Shown in pieces: positions 45,849 to 55,442 of a stretch of 64,000 nt of DNA. A program made the position numbers and the translations under genes. The stretch spans positions 9,659-73,658 of the forward strand of contig DASSPF010000133.1 in the NCBI GenBank assembly GCA_035699805.1. Reading direction: 5' to 3'. The notes below the pieces were generated by a model. It was given only the letters and a program-made list of their open reading frames with translations. It was not told where the DNA came from and made no database searches. Position 1 is the first letter of the stretch. Each line of letters opens with the position of its first letter. This stretch comes from Candidatus Limnocylindria bacterium. Its GTDB lineage: Bacteria > Chloroflexota > Limnocylindria > P2-11E.

Positions 45849-46760
45849 TCAGGCGGCGGCCGCGGTCCGGTGCCGCAGCCGATCATCGATCTCCTGCCAG
45901 AGCGACACGATCTGGCTGGCGTTGAAGATCGACGAGTACGTCCCGGAGATGATGCCGACGAGGAGCGCCAGGGCGAAGTTCCGGATCGAGAAGCCGCCGA
46001 ACAGGAACAGTGCGAGCAGTGTGAACACCACGGTGAGAGAGGTGATCACCGACCTGGTCATCGTCTGCATGATCGAGAAGTTGATGACCGGGTTCAGCGC
46101 CTCTCCCGGATTCAGCCGGAGGTTCTCGCGGATCCGGTCGAACACGACGATGGTGTCGTGCACGGAGAAGCCGATGATCGTGAGCACCGCTGTGACGAAG
46201 AGGCTGTCGATCTCGACGTTGAAGAAGTACCCGAGGATGGCGAAGAGGCCGAGCACGAACGCGGCGTCGTGGAGCAGCGCGATGATCGCGGCGATCCCGT
46301 AGCGGAAGGCCGCCCAGCCGAAGTTGCGGAACGCGAACGCGATGAGCAGGACGATGACGACGCTCGCGAGCGCGATCGATTTCACGGCGTTCTCGATGAG
46401 CTCGCCACTGAACGACGGGCTCACGACCGACGACGACACGTCCTTCATGTTCGCCCCGTAGCGCGCGCGAAGCGTGTCCTGGGTCTTGGTCACCTCGTCC
46501 GGACTCATGGCGAAGGTGCGCACCTCCACCCGGCCCCCCTCCGCGACCTGGACGATCGCCTCGTCATGGCCGAGGCCGCCCATGACCTCATGTACCTCGC
46601 TCACCGCGGGTGGCGAATCGAAGCGGATGTCGAGCAACGTGCCACCCTTGAACTCGATCCCCGGCTTCAGACCGCCCAGGGCAAGGAACACCAGCCCGGG
46701 GACGATGAGCAGGCCGGACAGGACGAAGTACAGCGTCTTGCGTTCGACGAAGTGGATCAC
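45849..46760 (-). CDS. secF: Protein translocase subunit SecF
   Basis: 303 aa, 6 TM (FKGGTLLDIRF, LHDAAFVLGLFAILG). Overlaps the secD stop. Confidence 0.85.
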   Translation of the reverse strand: MIHFVERKTLYFVLSGLLIVPGLVFLALGGLKPGIEFKGGTLLDIRFDSPPAVSEVHEVMGGLGHDEAIVQVAEGGRVEVRTFAMSPDEVTKTQDTLRARYGANMKDVSSSVVSPSFSGELIENAVKSIALASVVIVLLIAFAFRNFGWAAFRYGIAAIIALLHDAAFVLGLFAILGYFFNVEIDSLFVTAVLTIIGFSVHDTIVVFDRIRENLRLNPGEALNPVINFSIMQTMTRSVITSLTVVFTLLALFLFGGFSIRNFALALLVGIISGTYSSIFNASQIVSLWQEIDDRLRHRTAAAA

Positions 46761-48109
46761 GGGGTCACCGCCGCGGTCACGCGGCCCTCACGGGCTTCCG
46801 CGCGCTCTTCGACGCCGTAGAAGCGCCGCTGCCGGAGCGCCGGGACCTCGATCGCGGCGTGCAGCAGCATCTGCGTCACGACGATCGCCGTGAAGAACGA
46901 GATCGCCACACCGATGGCCAGCGTGAGCGCGAAGCCTTTCACCGTGCCGGTGCCGAACCAGAAGAGGATGCCGGCGGTGAGGATCGTGGCGAGGTTCGAA
47001 TAGAAGATCGACGGGAAGGCGCGGACGCGGCCGGCCTCGACCGCCGCGCGCAGGGACTTCCCGCTGCGGAGCTCCTCCTTCAGCCTCTCGAACGTGAGCA
47101 CGTTCGCGTCCGTCGCCATGCCGATCGACAGGATGAAGCCCGCGACACCAGCGAGCGTGAGCGTCACCGGCACGAGACGGAAGATCGCGTACACCAGCGC
47201 CGTGTAATACAGGAGCGCGATCACCGCGATGGCCCCGGGCAGCCGGTAGTACGCGACCATGAAGAACGCCAACAGCAGCAGGCCGATGATCCCCGCGACG
47301 AGGCTCCGGTTCACCGAGTCGCGTCCGAGCGTCGGCTCGACGCGCGAGGACTGGATGACCTCGAGCGGGACCGGGAGCGCACCGGAGTTCAGAAGGAGCG
47401 AGAGCTCGCGTGCCTCCTGCGTCGTGAAGTTGCCCTCGATGATCCCGCTGCCCGAGGTGAAGATCGCGTTGATGCGCGGGGCCGAGATCTCCTTGCCGTC
47501 GAGGGTGATCTGCACCGGCTGCTGGTAGAAGTCCTTGGAGAGTTGCACCCACCGGTCGGAATCCGCGCCGGTGAACTCGAAGTTCACCACGGGCTTCGTG
47601 CCGTTGGCGAAGGTGACGAAGGTCGGCTTGAGGTTCGCGCCGGTGAGCGGCGGCTCCAGCGATTTGTACGAGCCCGGCTTGTCCTTGTCGGGCACCTTGA
47701 TCTCGAGGAACGCCTGCTGCGTCGCGACCTTGTTCGCCTGCGCCAGGTCGGAGATGCCCGGAAGCTCGAGTAGCAGCTTGTCATCGCCCAGGCCCTGGAT
47801 GACGGGCTCCGACACGCCGAGCGAATTGATGCGGCGCTCGATGACCCGGATCGCCTGCCGCTGGAGCTCGGACTGGGGCGTGGTGACGCCCGGCGGGAGC
47901 CTGTCCATCTGCATGCGCAGGATCAGCTGGGTCCCGCCCTGAAGATCCAGACCGAGGTGCGTCTTGATCTCCTGGTTCACCTTGAAGTCACCGATGCGCA
48001 GGCAGATGCCCGGGCAGTTGAACGGGAACGAGAACTGGTGCTTCGGGATGTCGACGAACACCGCGAGCACCGCGATGATCCCGACCAGCCACGGACCAAG
48101 ACGTCCCAA
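46757..48109 (-). CDS. secD: Protein translocase subunit SecD
   Basis: 450 aa (LGLDLQGGTQLIL, periplasmic domain, C-terminal 6 TM). Confidence 0.85.
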   Translation of the reverse strand: MGRLGPWLVGIIAVLAVFVDIPKHQFSFPFNCPGICLRIGDFKVNQEIKTHLGLDLQGGTQLILRMQMDRLPPGVTTPQSELQRQAIRVIERRINSLGVSEPVIQGLGDDKLLLELPGISDLAQANKVATQQAFLEIKVPDKDKPGSYKSLEPPLTGANLKPTFVTFANGTKPVVNFEFTGADSDRWVQLSKDFYQQPVQITLDGKEISAPRINAIFTSGSGIIEGNFTTQEARELSLLLNSGALPVPLEVIQSSRVEPTLGRDSVNRSLVAGIIGLLLLAFFMVAYYRLPGAIAVIALLYYTALVYAIFRLVPVTLTLAGVAGFILSIGMATDANVLTFERLKEELRSGKSLRAAVEAGRVRAFPSIFYSNLATILTAGILFWFGTGTVKGFALTLAIGVAISFFTAIVVTQMLLHAAIEVPALRQRRFYGVEERAEAREGRVTAAVTP

Positions 48110-48131
48110 CGGTGTGCTTCCCTCCGAGCGT

Positions 48132-48156
48132 GAAAACGAGCGCCACGAGGGCGCTC
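48132..48156 (-). terminator. Intrinsic terminator after tatA (GAGCGCC-loop-GGCGCTC followed by GTTTTC)
   Basis: Seen on the minus strand in the tatA-secD spacer. Confidence 0.5.
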
Positions 48157-48184
48157 GACCGCCTCAGTATAGGTCGCTCGGCGG

Positions 48185-48514
48185 TCATGTCCCGCGCAGC
48201 CGCTCGCGCGCCTCCCGCATCTCGCGATCGAACGCTGTCTCGACCGCCGGCTCGCTCGCCGTGCTCTCGGCCCGCTCCCCCGCGGTGCCGCCCGCGGGTG
48301 CGGCCGACTCGCCGGTCACCGCCGGCGCCACCGCGGGAGCCTCCAGGTACTTGTCGGCGTTCAGGAACTCCTCCCGCAGCTCATCGGACGTGCGCCGCAG
48401 ATCGCCCACCACGCGGCCGACATCGCGCGCGACCTTCGGCAGACGCTCTGGCCCAAGGACCAGGAGTGCGAGGAAGAGGACGAAGAGGAGCTCCTCGGCG
48501 CCGACGCCCAGCAT
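48185..48514 (-). CDS. tatA: Twin-arginine translocase TatA/TatB-family subunit
   Basis: 109 aa (MLGVGAEELLFVLFLALLVLGPERLPKVARDVGRVVGDLRR). TM plus amphipathic helix and an acidic tail. The start overlaps the pyrF stop. Confidence 0.7.
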   Translation of the reverse strand: MLGVGAEELLFVLFLALLVLGPERLPKVARDVGRVVGDLRRTSDELREEFLNADKYLEAPAVAPAVTGESAAPAGGTAGERAESTASEPAVETAFDREMREARERLRGT

Positions 48515-49338
48515 CAGCGGCGCTCCAGCACGGTGGCGCGCGCCGCGTTGGCCTCGTCGCGGAGTGCCCGTGCCGCTTCGGCGGCGGCCCGCCCGAAGTC
48601 GTCGGCGCGTGAGGCGTACAGCACCGAGCGCGACGCCGACGGCAGCACGCCTCCGCCGTCAGCGTCGAGCGCCGCCCGCAGCGCGGCGGCGAGATCGCCG
48701 CCCTGCGCACCGACACCCGGCATGAGGAACAGCCGATCCGGCGCGAGCTCGCGCAGGCGTCGCGCTTCCTCCGGGTACGTCGCGCCGACCACGAAGCCGC
48801 AGCGGCTCGCGGGGAACGCGCTCACCGCGGCCATGACGACCCGCTCGTACAGCGGCCGACCGTCCACGATGAGGTCCTGCAGGTCGCGCGCGCCAGGGTT
48901 GCTCGTGCGGGCCAGGACGAGCGCGTAGCGGTCGTCACCGGTGAATGGGGTGATCGAGTCCATGCCCAGGTACGGCGCGACCGTCACGGCATCGGCACGG
49001 AAGGGTCCGAAGAGCGCGTCGGCGTAGGCCGCGGCGGTGTTCGGGACATCACCGCGCTTGGCGTCAAGGATCACCGGGATGTCGTCGGGGATCGCCTGGA
49101 GCGTCAGCCCGAGCACGTCGAACGCCGCGCTGCCGTAGCGCTCGAAGAACGCGAGATTCGGCTTGTAACAGCAGGCATATTCCGACGTCGCGTGGATGAT
49201 CCGCCGCAGGAAGCGCAGCGCCGCCTGGGGACCACGACCCAGCGATGTGGGAATGAGATCGGGTTCGGGATCCAGACCAACGCAGATGATGCTGTCCCGA
49301 GCCCGCGACGATGACGCGAGCTTCTCGAGGAACGTCAT
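48514..49338 (-). CDS. pyrF: Orotidine-5'-phosphate decarboxylase (long, type-2 form)
   Basis: 274 aa (ICVGLDP, KPNLAFFE, DAKRGD). Confidence 0.8.
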   Translation of the reverse strand: MTFLEKLASSSRARDSIICVGLDPEPDLIPTSLGRGPQAALRFLRRIIHATSEYACCYKPNLAFFERYGSAAFDVLGLTLQAIPDDIPVILDAKRGDVPNTAAAYADALFGPFRADAVTVAPYLGMDSITPFTGDDRYALVLARTSNPGARDLQDLIVDGRPLYERVVMAAVSAFPASRCGFVVGATYPEEARRLRELAPDRLFLMPGVGAQGGDLAAALRAALDADGGGVLPSASRSVLYASRADDFGRAAAEAARALRDEANAARATVLERR

Positions 49339-49385
49339 CTGGCGCTTATCATACGAGCGCTTCCACAGATCGAAGGAGGGAACCC

Positions 49386-50411
49386 ATGCGCTTCAGCCTA
49401 CGCGGCCCGTTGGGGTGGACGTTGGCCGCAGGCCTGGTCATCGCAGCCTGCGGTGGCACGGGCGGCACGACGACCCCGACATCCTCGGCTGCGCCCACCG
49501 CGGCCGCGAGCACCGGCCCCCGTCTCGGCTCATTCGACCGGCCGATCGTGCTCTCGTTCACGCCCTCGCAGGACACGCAGCGCGTCACGGCGAGCGGCAG
49601 CGCGATCACCGCGGCGCTCGAGAAGGCCACGAGCCTCAAGTGGAAGGTCTCCGTGCCCACGAGCTACGCGGCCACGATCGAAGGCATGTGCGCAGGATCG
49701 GTCGATGTCGCCTTCCTCGCGCCGCTGCAGATGGCACTTGCGCTCGACCGCGGTTGCGCGACGCCGTTCCTCGGAGCGCTCCGCAACGACGAGACCGGCA
49801 AGCCATCGACGGTGTACTACTCGCAGATCCTCGTCCGCGCAGACAGCGGCATCAACGATGTGAGCGGCCTCAAGGGCAAGAAGTTCGCCTTCGTCGACAC
49901 GCTCTCGGCGTCGGGCTACCTCTTCCCGCTCCTCAAGATCAAGGAGAAGGGCGGGGCGGACCCGAAGACGTTCTTCGCCAGCAACGGGATCGTCTTTGCT
50001 GGTGGACATGACAAGGCCGCGCTCGCGGTCTATCAGGGGACCGTCGACGGTGCGGCGACGTTCATCGACGTGCGCACTCAGCAGGGCATGCCTGCCGACA
50101 TCATGCAGAAGACGAAGGTGATCGAGCGCGCCGGACCCATCCCCAACGACGGCGCCGCGCTCCGCAAGGGCTTCCCCACCGATCTCGCCGCGCAGATCCA
50201 GAAGGCGATGACGGACTACGCCGCGACCGACGACGGGAAGAAGACCTTCAAGGCGCTCTACAGCTGGGACGGCATGCAGCCGGTGGACTCGAAGACCTAT
50301 GACCCGGTGCGCGACGCCGCCAAGCTCGCGGGTATCGACCTCGAAGGCGAGGCGAAGAAGACCGCGCGGCCGGTCGCCACGCCAGCCCCGTCACCGACAA
50401 AGGCACCGTAG
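49386..50411 (+). CDS. phnD: Phosphonate/phosphite ABC transporter substrate-binding lipoprotein
   Basis: Start trimmed to MRFSLRGPLGWTLAAGLVIAACGG (lipobox). PhnD-like periplasmic binding fold (LAPLQ, GYLFPL). Confidence 0.7.
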   Translation: MRFSLRGPLGWTLAAGLVIAACGGTGGTTTPTSSAAPTAAASTGPRLGSFDRPIVLSFTPSQDTQRVTASGSAITAALEKATSLKWKVSVPTSYAATIEGMCAGSVDVAFLAPLQMALALDRGCATPFLGALRNDETGKPSTVYYSQILVRADSGINDVSGLKGKKFAFVDTLSASGYLFPLLKIKEKGGADPKTFFASNGIVFAGGHDKAALAVYQGTVDGAATFIDVRTQQGMPADIMQKTKVIERAGPIPNDGAALRKGFPTDLAAQIQKAMTDYAATDDGKKTFKALYSWDGMQPVDSKTYDPVRDAAKLAGIDLEGEAKKTARPVATPAPSPTKAP

Positions 50412-50438
50412 CAGAGCACGCGCACACGAACGCGCAGC

Positions 50439-50467
50439 GAGGGCCGCCGGCACGTCCGGCGGCCCTC
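50439..50467 (+). promoter_or_regulatory. Perfect 12-bp stem-loop between phnD and phnC (GAGGGCCGCCGG-CACGT-CCGGCGGCCCTC)
   Basis: Seen in sequence. A typical intra-operon attenuator position after a binding-protein gene. Confidence 0.4.
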
Positions 50468-50488
50468 GTCATTCACGGATATCCTCCA

Positions 50489-51337
50489 ATGCAGATGGCA
50501 TCCATCCTCAGCGTCGAGAATCTCACCAAGGTCTACCCCGGCGGTACGCGTGCGCTCGACGGCATCTCACTGGACATCGGACGCGGGGAATTCGTCGTGC
50601 TCATCGGCCTCTCGGGGTCAGGCAAATCCACCTTGCTGCGCTGCCTCAATCGTCTCATCGAGCCAACGAGCGGCCGGGTGGTCTTCGACGGCATTGACGT
50701 CACGGCGGCGCGTGGTGCGGAGCTCCGCCGTATCCGCAGGCGAATGGGCATGATCTTCCAGCAGTTCAATCTCGTGAAGCGCGCATCGGTCTTCCAGAAC
50801 GCACTGGCCGGGCGCCTGGGCTACCGGTCCACCTGGCGGACCATCGCGAGCCGTCCCGACCGAGAGGACGTCGCGCTGGCGTTCGAGAATCTCGGACGGG
50901 TGGGGATCCTGGAAAAGGCGTACTCGCGTGCCGATGCCCTGTCGGGCGGCCAGCAGCAACGGGTGGGGATCGCTCGCGCGCTCATGCAGCGACCCGACGT
51001 CATGCTCGCCGACGAGCCGGTCGCGAGCCTCGATCCCGCGACGAGCCACTCGGTCATGAAGTATCTCGAGGAGATCAACAAGAAGGACGGCATCACGGTC
51101 ATCTGCGCGCTCCATTTCCTGTCGCTCGCCCGACGGTATGGCACGCGCGTGATCGCGCTGAAGGACGGCCGCGTCGCATTCGATGGCCAGCCGGCCGCCA
51201 TCGACGAGCGCCGCTTCAAGGAGATCTACGGTGAGGACGCCGTGGAGGTCGAGATCGGTCCGGGCAAGACCCGCACCGAGCTGCTGTCAGAGGCCGAGGC
51301 GCTGATCAAGGCGCCCGACCTCACCCCGGACCGCTGA
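50489..51337 (+). CDS. phnC: Phosphonate ABC transporter ATP-binding protein
   Basis: Walker A GLSGSGKST, signature LSGGQQQRV, Walker B LADEP. Confidence 0.8.
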   Translation: MQMASILSVENLTKVYPGGTRALDGISLDIGRGEFVVLIGLSGSGKSTLLRCLNRLIEPTSGRVVFDGIDVTAARGAELRRIRRRMGMIFQQFNLVKRASVFQNALAGRLGYRSTWRTIASRPDREDVALAFENLGRVGILEKAYSRADALSGGQQQRVGIARALMQRPDVMLADEPVASLDPATSHSVMKYLEEINKKDGITVICALHFLSLARRYGTRVIALKDGRVAFDGQPAAIDERRFKEIYGEDAVEVEIGPGKTRTELLSEAEALIKAPDLTPDR

Positions 51338-52230
51338 TGGCGGACTACTTCCGGTCCAGGGGTCTGCCCGTGCCACCCGAGCTCGAGCGCACGCCGCTCA
51401 CCGATTGGCGTCGCTATCTGGCGCTCCTTGCGACAGCCGCCGTCCTCTGGGTCGGGCTTCAGGTGACCGCCATCGACACGAGCCGCGCGAATCCCTCGTA
51501 CGTCGGCCAGATCCTCGGCCAGCTCATGACGCCCGACTGGGAGATCCTCTTCCCGCCGGTCGACATCTTTTGCGATCTGCCCGCCGACCAGCGCGACCAA
51601 TGTGCGCGGGGCAGCTTCTGGGACGGTGGGATCGGTCTCATGATCATCACGATCTTCATGGCGATCATCGCCACGGCGCTCGCGGTCGTCGTGGCGGTAC
51701 CGCTGTCGTTCCTCGGCGCGCGGAATGTCATGACCGGAAATCCCATCACGGCCGGCATCTATGCGGTCGTCCGCGTGTTCTTCACGGTCGTCCGTTCGAT
51801 CGACATCCTCATCCTCGCCGTGATCGCGGTGGTCCTCTTCAGCACCGGCAACGCCGCGGGCGTCTTCGCGATCGCGTTCCACAACGTCGGCGTCATGGGC
51901 AAGCTGTACTCCGAGGCTGTCGAGGGGATCGACCCGGGCCCGATCGAGGCGATCACCGCCACCGGCGCGAATCGCTTCCAGGTGATCTGGACGGCCGTCC
52001 TACCGCAGATCGTCAACCCGTACATCTCGCTCACCATCTACCGCCTCGACACCAACGTCCGCCTGGCGCCTGTGCTCGGCCTGGCGGGTGCGGGCGGCAT
52101 CGGCGTGCTGCTGTTCCAGAACATCAATCTCTTCCGCTACCACGCGACCGGCGCGCTCATCTTCCTCATCGTGCTCACGGTCGTCGTCATGGACTTCGCC
52201 TCGGCGCAGGTCCGCAAGCGTCTCGCCTAG
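51337..52230 (+). CDS. phnE: Phosphonate ABC transporter permease
   Basis: 297 aa, about 6 TM. Start overlaps the phnC stop. Clear PhnE-like permease. Confidence 0.75.
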   Translation: MADYFRSRGLPVPPELERTPLTDWRRYLALLATAAVLWVGLQVTAIDTSRANPSYVGQILGQLMTPDWEILFPPVDIFCDLPADQRDQCARGSFWDGGIGLMIITIFMAIIATALAVVVAVPLSFLGARNVMTGNPITAGIYAVVRVFFTVVRSIDILILAVIAVVLFSTGNAAGVFAIAFHNVGVMGKLYSEAVEGIDPGPIEAITATGANRFQVIWTAVLPQIVNPYISLTIYRLDTNVRLAPVLGLAGAGGIGVLLFQNINLFRYHATGALIFLIVLTVVVMDFASAQVRKRLA

Positions 52231-52237
52231 CGACGGC

Positions 52238-53290
52238 TCACCTCGACCACGAGAGCCGGCTCTGGCCGTCGACGCCCTCGCCCCGCGTGAGCTTCACCGC
52301 CGCCTTCACCGGACCACCGGTGAGCGCTGCGCCGAGCTCCATCGCGTAGAGGTCGATCGCCGCGCCGGCCTCGCGCAGGAACGCGATGGAGCCGCCATCC
52401 GGCGAGAACACGCCGTTCCAGCTCTTCCCATCGCTGGTGAGCGCGACGTCGCGCCCGGTCGACACCTCCACCGCATGCACGTCGTTGCCACCGGCGGGAT
52501 GCCGCAGCGTGTACACGAGCCAGCGACCATCAGGCGAGTACGACGCGCGGTACGGCTCCCCCTCCGCGCCGATCTTCTGCGGTGTGGCGATCCGCCCGTC
52601 GATCGGCACGATGAGCAGCCGCGGCACGCCCTGCGTGTACGAGGTGACGACGAGGGTCCGGCCATCGGGCGACCACGATGGATCGGCCAGGTTCGAGCCC
52701 GTCGAGAGCTGGCTCACGAGCATCGGGCGCGAGGCTGTGGACCGCATGTCGTAGACCATGAGCTCCGCAGCGCCGTCGCCACCGTCCACGATGACGGCGA
52801 AGCGCGTCCCGTCGGGCGAGATCGCCGGGCTCTCATGCCAGGCGACCTCGTGGAAGCCGTTCGACGAGCGCGCCACCAGACCGGTCAGCAGGATCGTCTC
52901 GGAGCCGCCCCGCGTGCTCAGGCTGACGACATCGCTGTAGTGAAGGAGCGCGGGGGTCGTCTGCCCGTCCACCGTGCGCCGCCCATCGATCGTCTCGCGG
53001 CGCGAGAAGAGCAGCGTCCGTCCGTCCATCGACAGGCTCGGCGACAGGCTGCGGCTCTCCTGCGTCGCCGCACCGTACTTCCCCTCGCGCAGGAGATAGA
53101 TGTCGCCGCGGAGCGCGAAGGCGATGGTGCCGGCGATCCGCGGCGCATCCACCGGCGCGCTCGGCCGCGCCGGCGTCGGCGAGATCGTGCCGCCCGGGAG
53201 GAGCGGTGCGACCGTCCGGCCGCCGAGCACGCCGTACCCGACCAGCACCACCAGCGCCACAGCGCCGAAGAGCGCCTCGCGCCGTCTCAT
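52238..53290 (-). CDS. Membrane-anchored TolB-like WD40/PD40 beta-propeller protein
   Basis: Start trimmed to MRRREALFGAVALVVLVGYG (TM). Repeated PD40 motifs (SPDG x4). The Arg-rich upstream part of the 609-aa ORF overlaps the kinase gene in another frame and is rejected. Confidence 0.65.
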   Translation of the reverse strand: MRRREALFGAVALVVLVGYGVLGGRTVAPLLPGGTISPTPARPSAPVDAPRIAGTIAFALRGDIYLLREGKYGAATQESRSLSPSLSMDGRTLLFSRRETIDGRRTVDGQTTPALLHYSDVVSLSTRGGSETILLTGLVARSSNGFHEVAWHESPAISPDGTRFAVIVDGGDGAAELMVYDMRSTASRPMLVSQLSTGSNLADPSWSPDGRTLVVTSYTQGVPRLLIVPIDGRIATPQKIGAEGEPYRASYSPDGRWLVYTLRHPAGGNDVHAVEVSTGRDVALTSDGKSWNGVFSPDGGSIAFLREAGAAIDLYAMELGAALTGGPVKAAVKLTRGEGVDGQSRLSWSR

Positions 53291-53946
53291 GTGCCGGCCC
53301 GCACGGCCGCCGCGATCCGTGCCACTTGGTCCGCGACATCTGGTCCATTGCGGATCTCCAGATGTCCTCCCGGCGGTGGCTCGAGATCTCGCGCGCGCAT
53401 CCGCTCGTACACGCGGACATCGGCGTCGGAGTGATCGCCGTCGGCGCGCTCGCGCGCACGCGCGGCGAGGCGCTCGCGCGTCGCCGCATCGTCGGCGGTC
53501 ACGAGCACGTGATGGAGCGCCGCTCCGCGTGCGCGCGCCACCGCCTCCGCCGGGGCGCGGTTGCGCGCCACCAGATGCGTCGCGTCGAGAACGACGATGT
53601 GGCCCTCGCCGAGCAGCTCGTCGACGAGCGCCTCGGCGATGCCGAACACCGCCGCGTTCTCGTCGTCCGCATACGACGCCGCGATGAACAGCCGGCTGCG
53701 GAGGTGATCCGTCGCGACGTGTGCGGCCCCGAGCTCGCGCGCGAGGAGCGCCGCGCAGTGCGACTTGCCGACGCCCGGCAGGCCCATGAGCATCACGAGC
53801 GCCGGCCGACCCGCGGCGGCGCGCGGGACCCCGATCTCCTCGCGCAGCTGCGCGGTGAGCGCACGACGGTGCGCCGCGAGCGCGCGTGTCTGCGCGCGGG
53901 TCGCCGCGTCCGAGAGCCGCGCCGTCCGCGCGCGCGCCCGGGTCAT
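53287..53946 (-). CDS. P-loop kinase, AAA_33/zeta-toxin-like family
   Basis: Walker A MGLPGVGKSH and Walker B-like VVLDAT. 219 aa. ATGA overlaps with murE upstream and the TolB-like gene downstream. Confidence 0.6.
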   Translation of the reverse strand: MTRARARTARLSDAATRAQTRALAAHRRALTAQLREEIGVPRAAAGRPALVMLMGLPGVGKSHCAALLARELGAAHVATDHLRSRLFIAASYADDENAAVFGIAEALVDELLGEGHIVVLDATHLVARNRAPAEAVARARGAALHHVLVTADDAATRERLAARARERADGDHSDADVRVYERMRARDLEPPPGGHLEIRNGPDVADQVARIAAAVRAGT

Positions 53947-55442
53947 GCGCCGTGACCCAGCTGCGCGAGCGCCGCCCGCGCGGTGGCGGCCTCGTCCCAG
54001 GGAAGCTTCTCCTCGCCGACGATGATCGAGCCCTCATGGCCCTTCCCGGCGAGGAGGACCGTGTCACCAGGACCCGCGCGCGAGATCGCCTCGCGGATCG
54101 CCGCGGTGCGATCGTCGATGACGAGGTAGTCGACGCCCGCGCGCTTGCCCTGGGCGACCGCCCCGGCCTCGATCTCGGCGAGGATCGTCGCGGGATCCTC
54201 GAGCCGCGGGTCCTCCTGCGTGATGACGAAGAGATCGGCGTAGCGTGACGCGACCTCCGCGAGGCGCGGCCGCTTGGCGCGGTCGCGCTCCCCCGCGCTG
54301 CCGAACACCGCGATGAGCCGGCCCTTCGTCAACGGGCGCAGCAGCGCGAGGACCTTGTCCAGCGACTCGGGCGTGTGCGCGTAGTCCACCACCACCGTGA
54401 ACGGCTGCCCGCTGTCGACGCGCTCCATCCGTCCGCGGACGGGCGTGGCCCGCTCCAGCGCGGTCTTCGCGACCGCGAGCGTGAGGCCCGCGGCGACGCC
54501 GGTCGCGGCGGCGGCGAGCGCGTTGTGCACGTTGAAGCGGCCGACGAGCGGCAGCGCGAGCTCCACCTGCTCGCCCTCACGCGCGATCCGGACACGCGAC
54601 CCGCTCGCGTCCGCCGCGAGGATCGTCCCCTGGACGTCGGCGTGCGCGTCGATGCCGTACGTCAGCACGCGCGCGTCACCGGAGCGGTCGGCGAGATAGC
54701 GCCAGTGCGGATCGTCGGCGTTCAGCACGGCCGTCTTGGGCACGCCCTTGTCCGCGCTCGTCGCGAGCTGCGCGAACAGGAGGGCCTTCGCATCGAGGTA
54801 CGCCTGGAGCGTGCCGTGGAAATCGAGATGCTCCGGGCTCAGATTGGTGAACACCGCGATGTCGATGTCGCATCCGCGTACCTTCCGCAGCGCGAGCGCG
54901 TGCGACGTCGCCTCGAGCACGCCCCAGGTGCCGCCCGCGACGAGCAGCTCGGCGAAGAACTCCTGGATCTCGACGGCCTCCTGCGTGCTCTGGCGCGTCT
55001 CGTTCGCCCAGGCCGAGCCCGCCATCTTGAAGTCGACCGTGGTCGCGAAGCCGGTGCGCTCCTTCCCCGCCTCGAGGACATCCGACACCAGATGCACGGT
55101 CGTGGTCTTCCCGTCGGTGCCCGTGACGCCGACGACCTTCAGCTTGCGGGTCGGGTGATCGAAGAGCTCCGCGGCGAGGTCCGCGAGCGCCGCGCGTGTA
55201 TCGGGCACGATGGCGCGCGGTGCGGCCGTGCGGACCTTCTTCTCCACGACCACCGCGATCGCCCCGGCGGCGACGGCCTCCTTCACGTAGTCGTGGCCAT
55301 CGCGATGGAAGCCGCTGATGGCCACGAACACCGCGCCTGGCCCGGCCTTCCGCGAGTCGTAGGCGAGGCTGCGCACGTCCAGGTCGGCCGCACCCGGCGG
55401 TACGGGTATGCCGCAGGCCACGAAGAGCGGACCCAGCTTCAC
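53943..55442 (-). CDS. murE: UDP-N-acetylmuramoyl-L-alanyl-D-glutamate--diamino-acid ligase MurE
   Basis: Mur ligase motifs (GVTGTDGKTTT, DNADD-like NADDPHW, YAHTPESL). The start is approximate. The coding-like signal begins near VKLGPLFVACG. Confidence 0.8.
   Translation of the reverse strand: MKLGPLFVACGIPVPPGAADLDVRSLAYDSRKAGPGAVFVAISGFHRDGHDYVKEAVAAGAIAVVVEKKVRTAAPRAIVPDTRAALADLAAELFDHPTRKLKVVGVTGTDGKTTTVHLVSDVLEAGKERTGFATTVDFKMAGSAWANETRQSTQEAVEIQEFFAELLVAGGTWGVLEATSHALALRKVRGCDIDIAVFTNLSPEHLDFHGTLQAYLDAKALLFAQLATSADKGVPKTAVLNADDPHWRYLADRSGDARVLTYGIDAHADVQGTILAADASGSRVRIAREGEQVELALPLVGRFNVHNALAAAATGVAAGLTLAVAKTALERATPVRGRMERVDSGQPFTVVVDYAHTPESLDKVLALLRPLTKGRLIAVFGSAGERDRAKRPRLAEVASRYADLFVITQEDPRLEDPATILAEIEAGAVAQGKRAGVDYLVIDDRTAAIREAISRAGPGDTVLLAGKGHEGSIIVGEEKLPWDEAATARAALAQLGHGA

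Noticed and set aside
52238-54067. N-terminal 259 codons of the 609-aa ORF upstream of the TolB-like domain
   Set aside because: Arg-rich, and it overlaps the well-supported P-loop kinase gene in another frame. The real protein starts at MRRREALFGAV (TM anchor).
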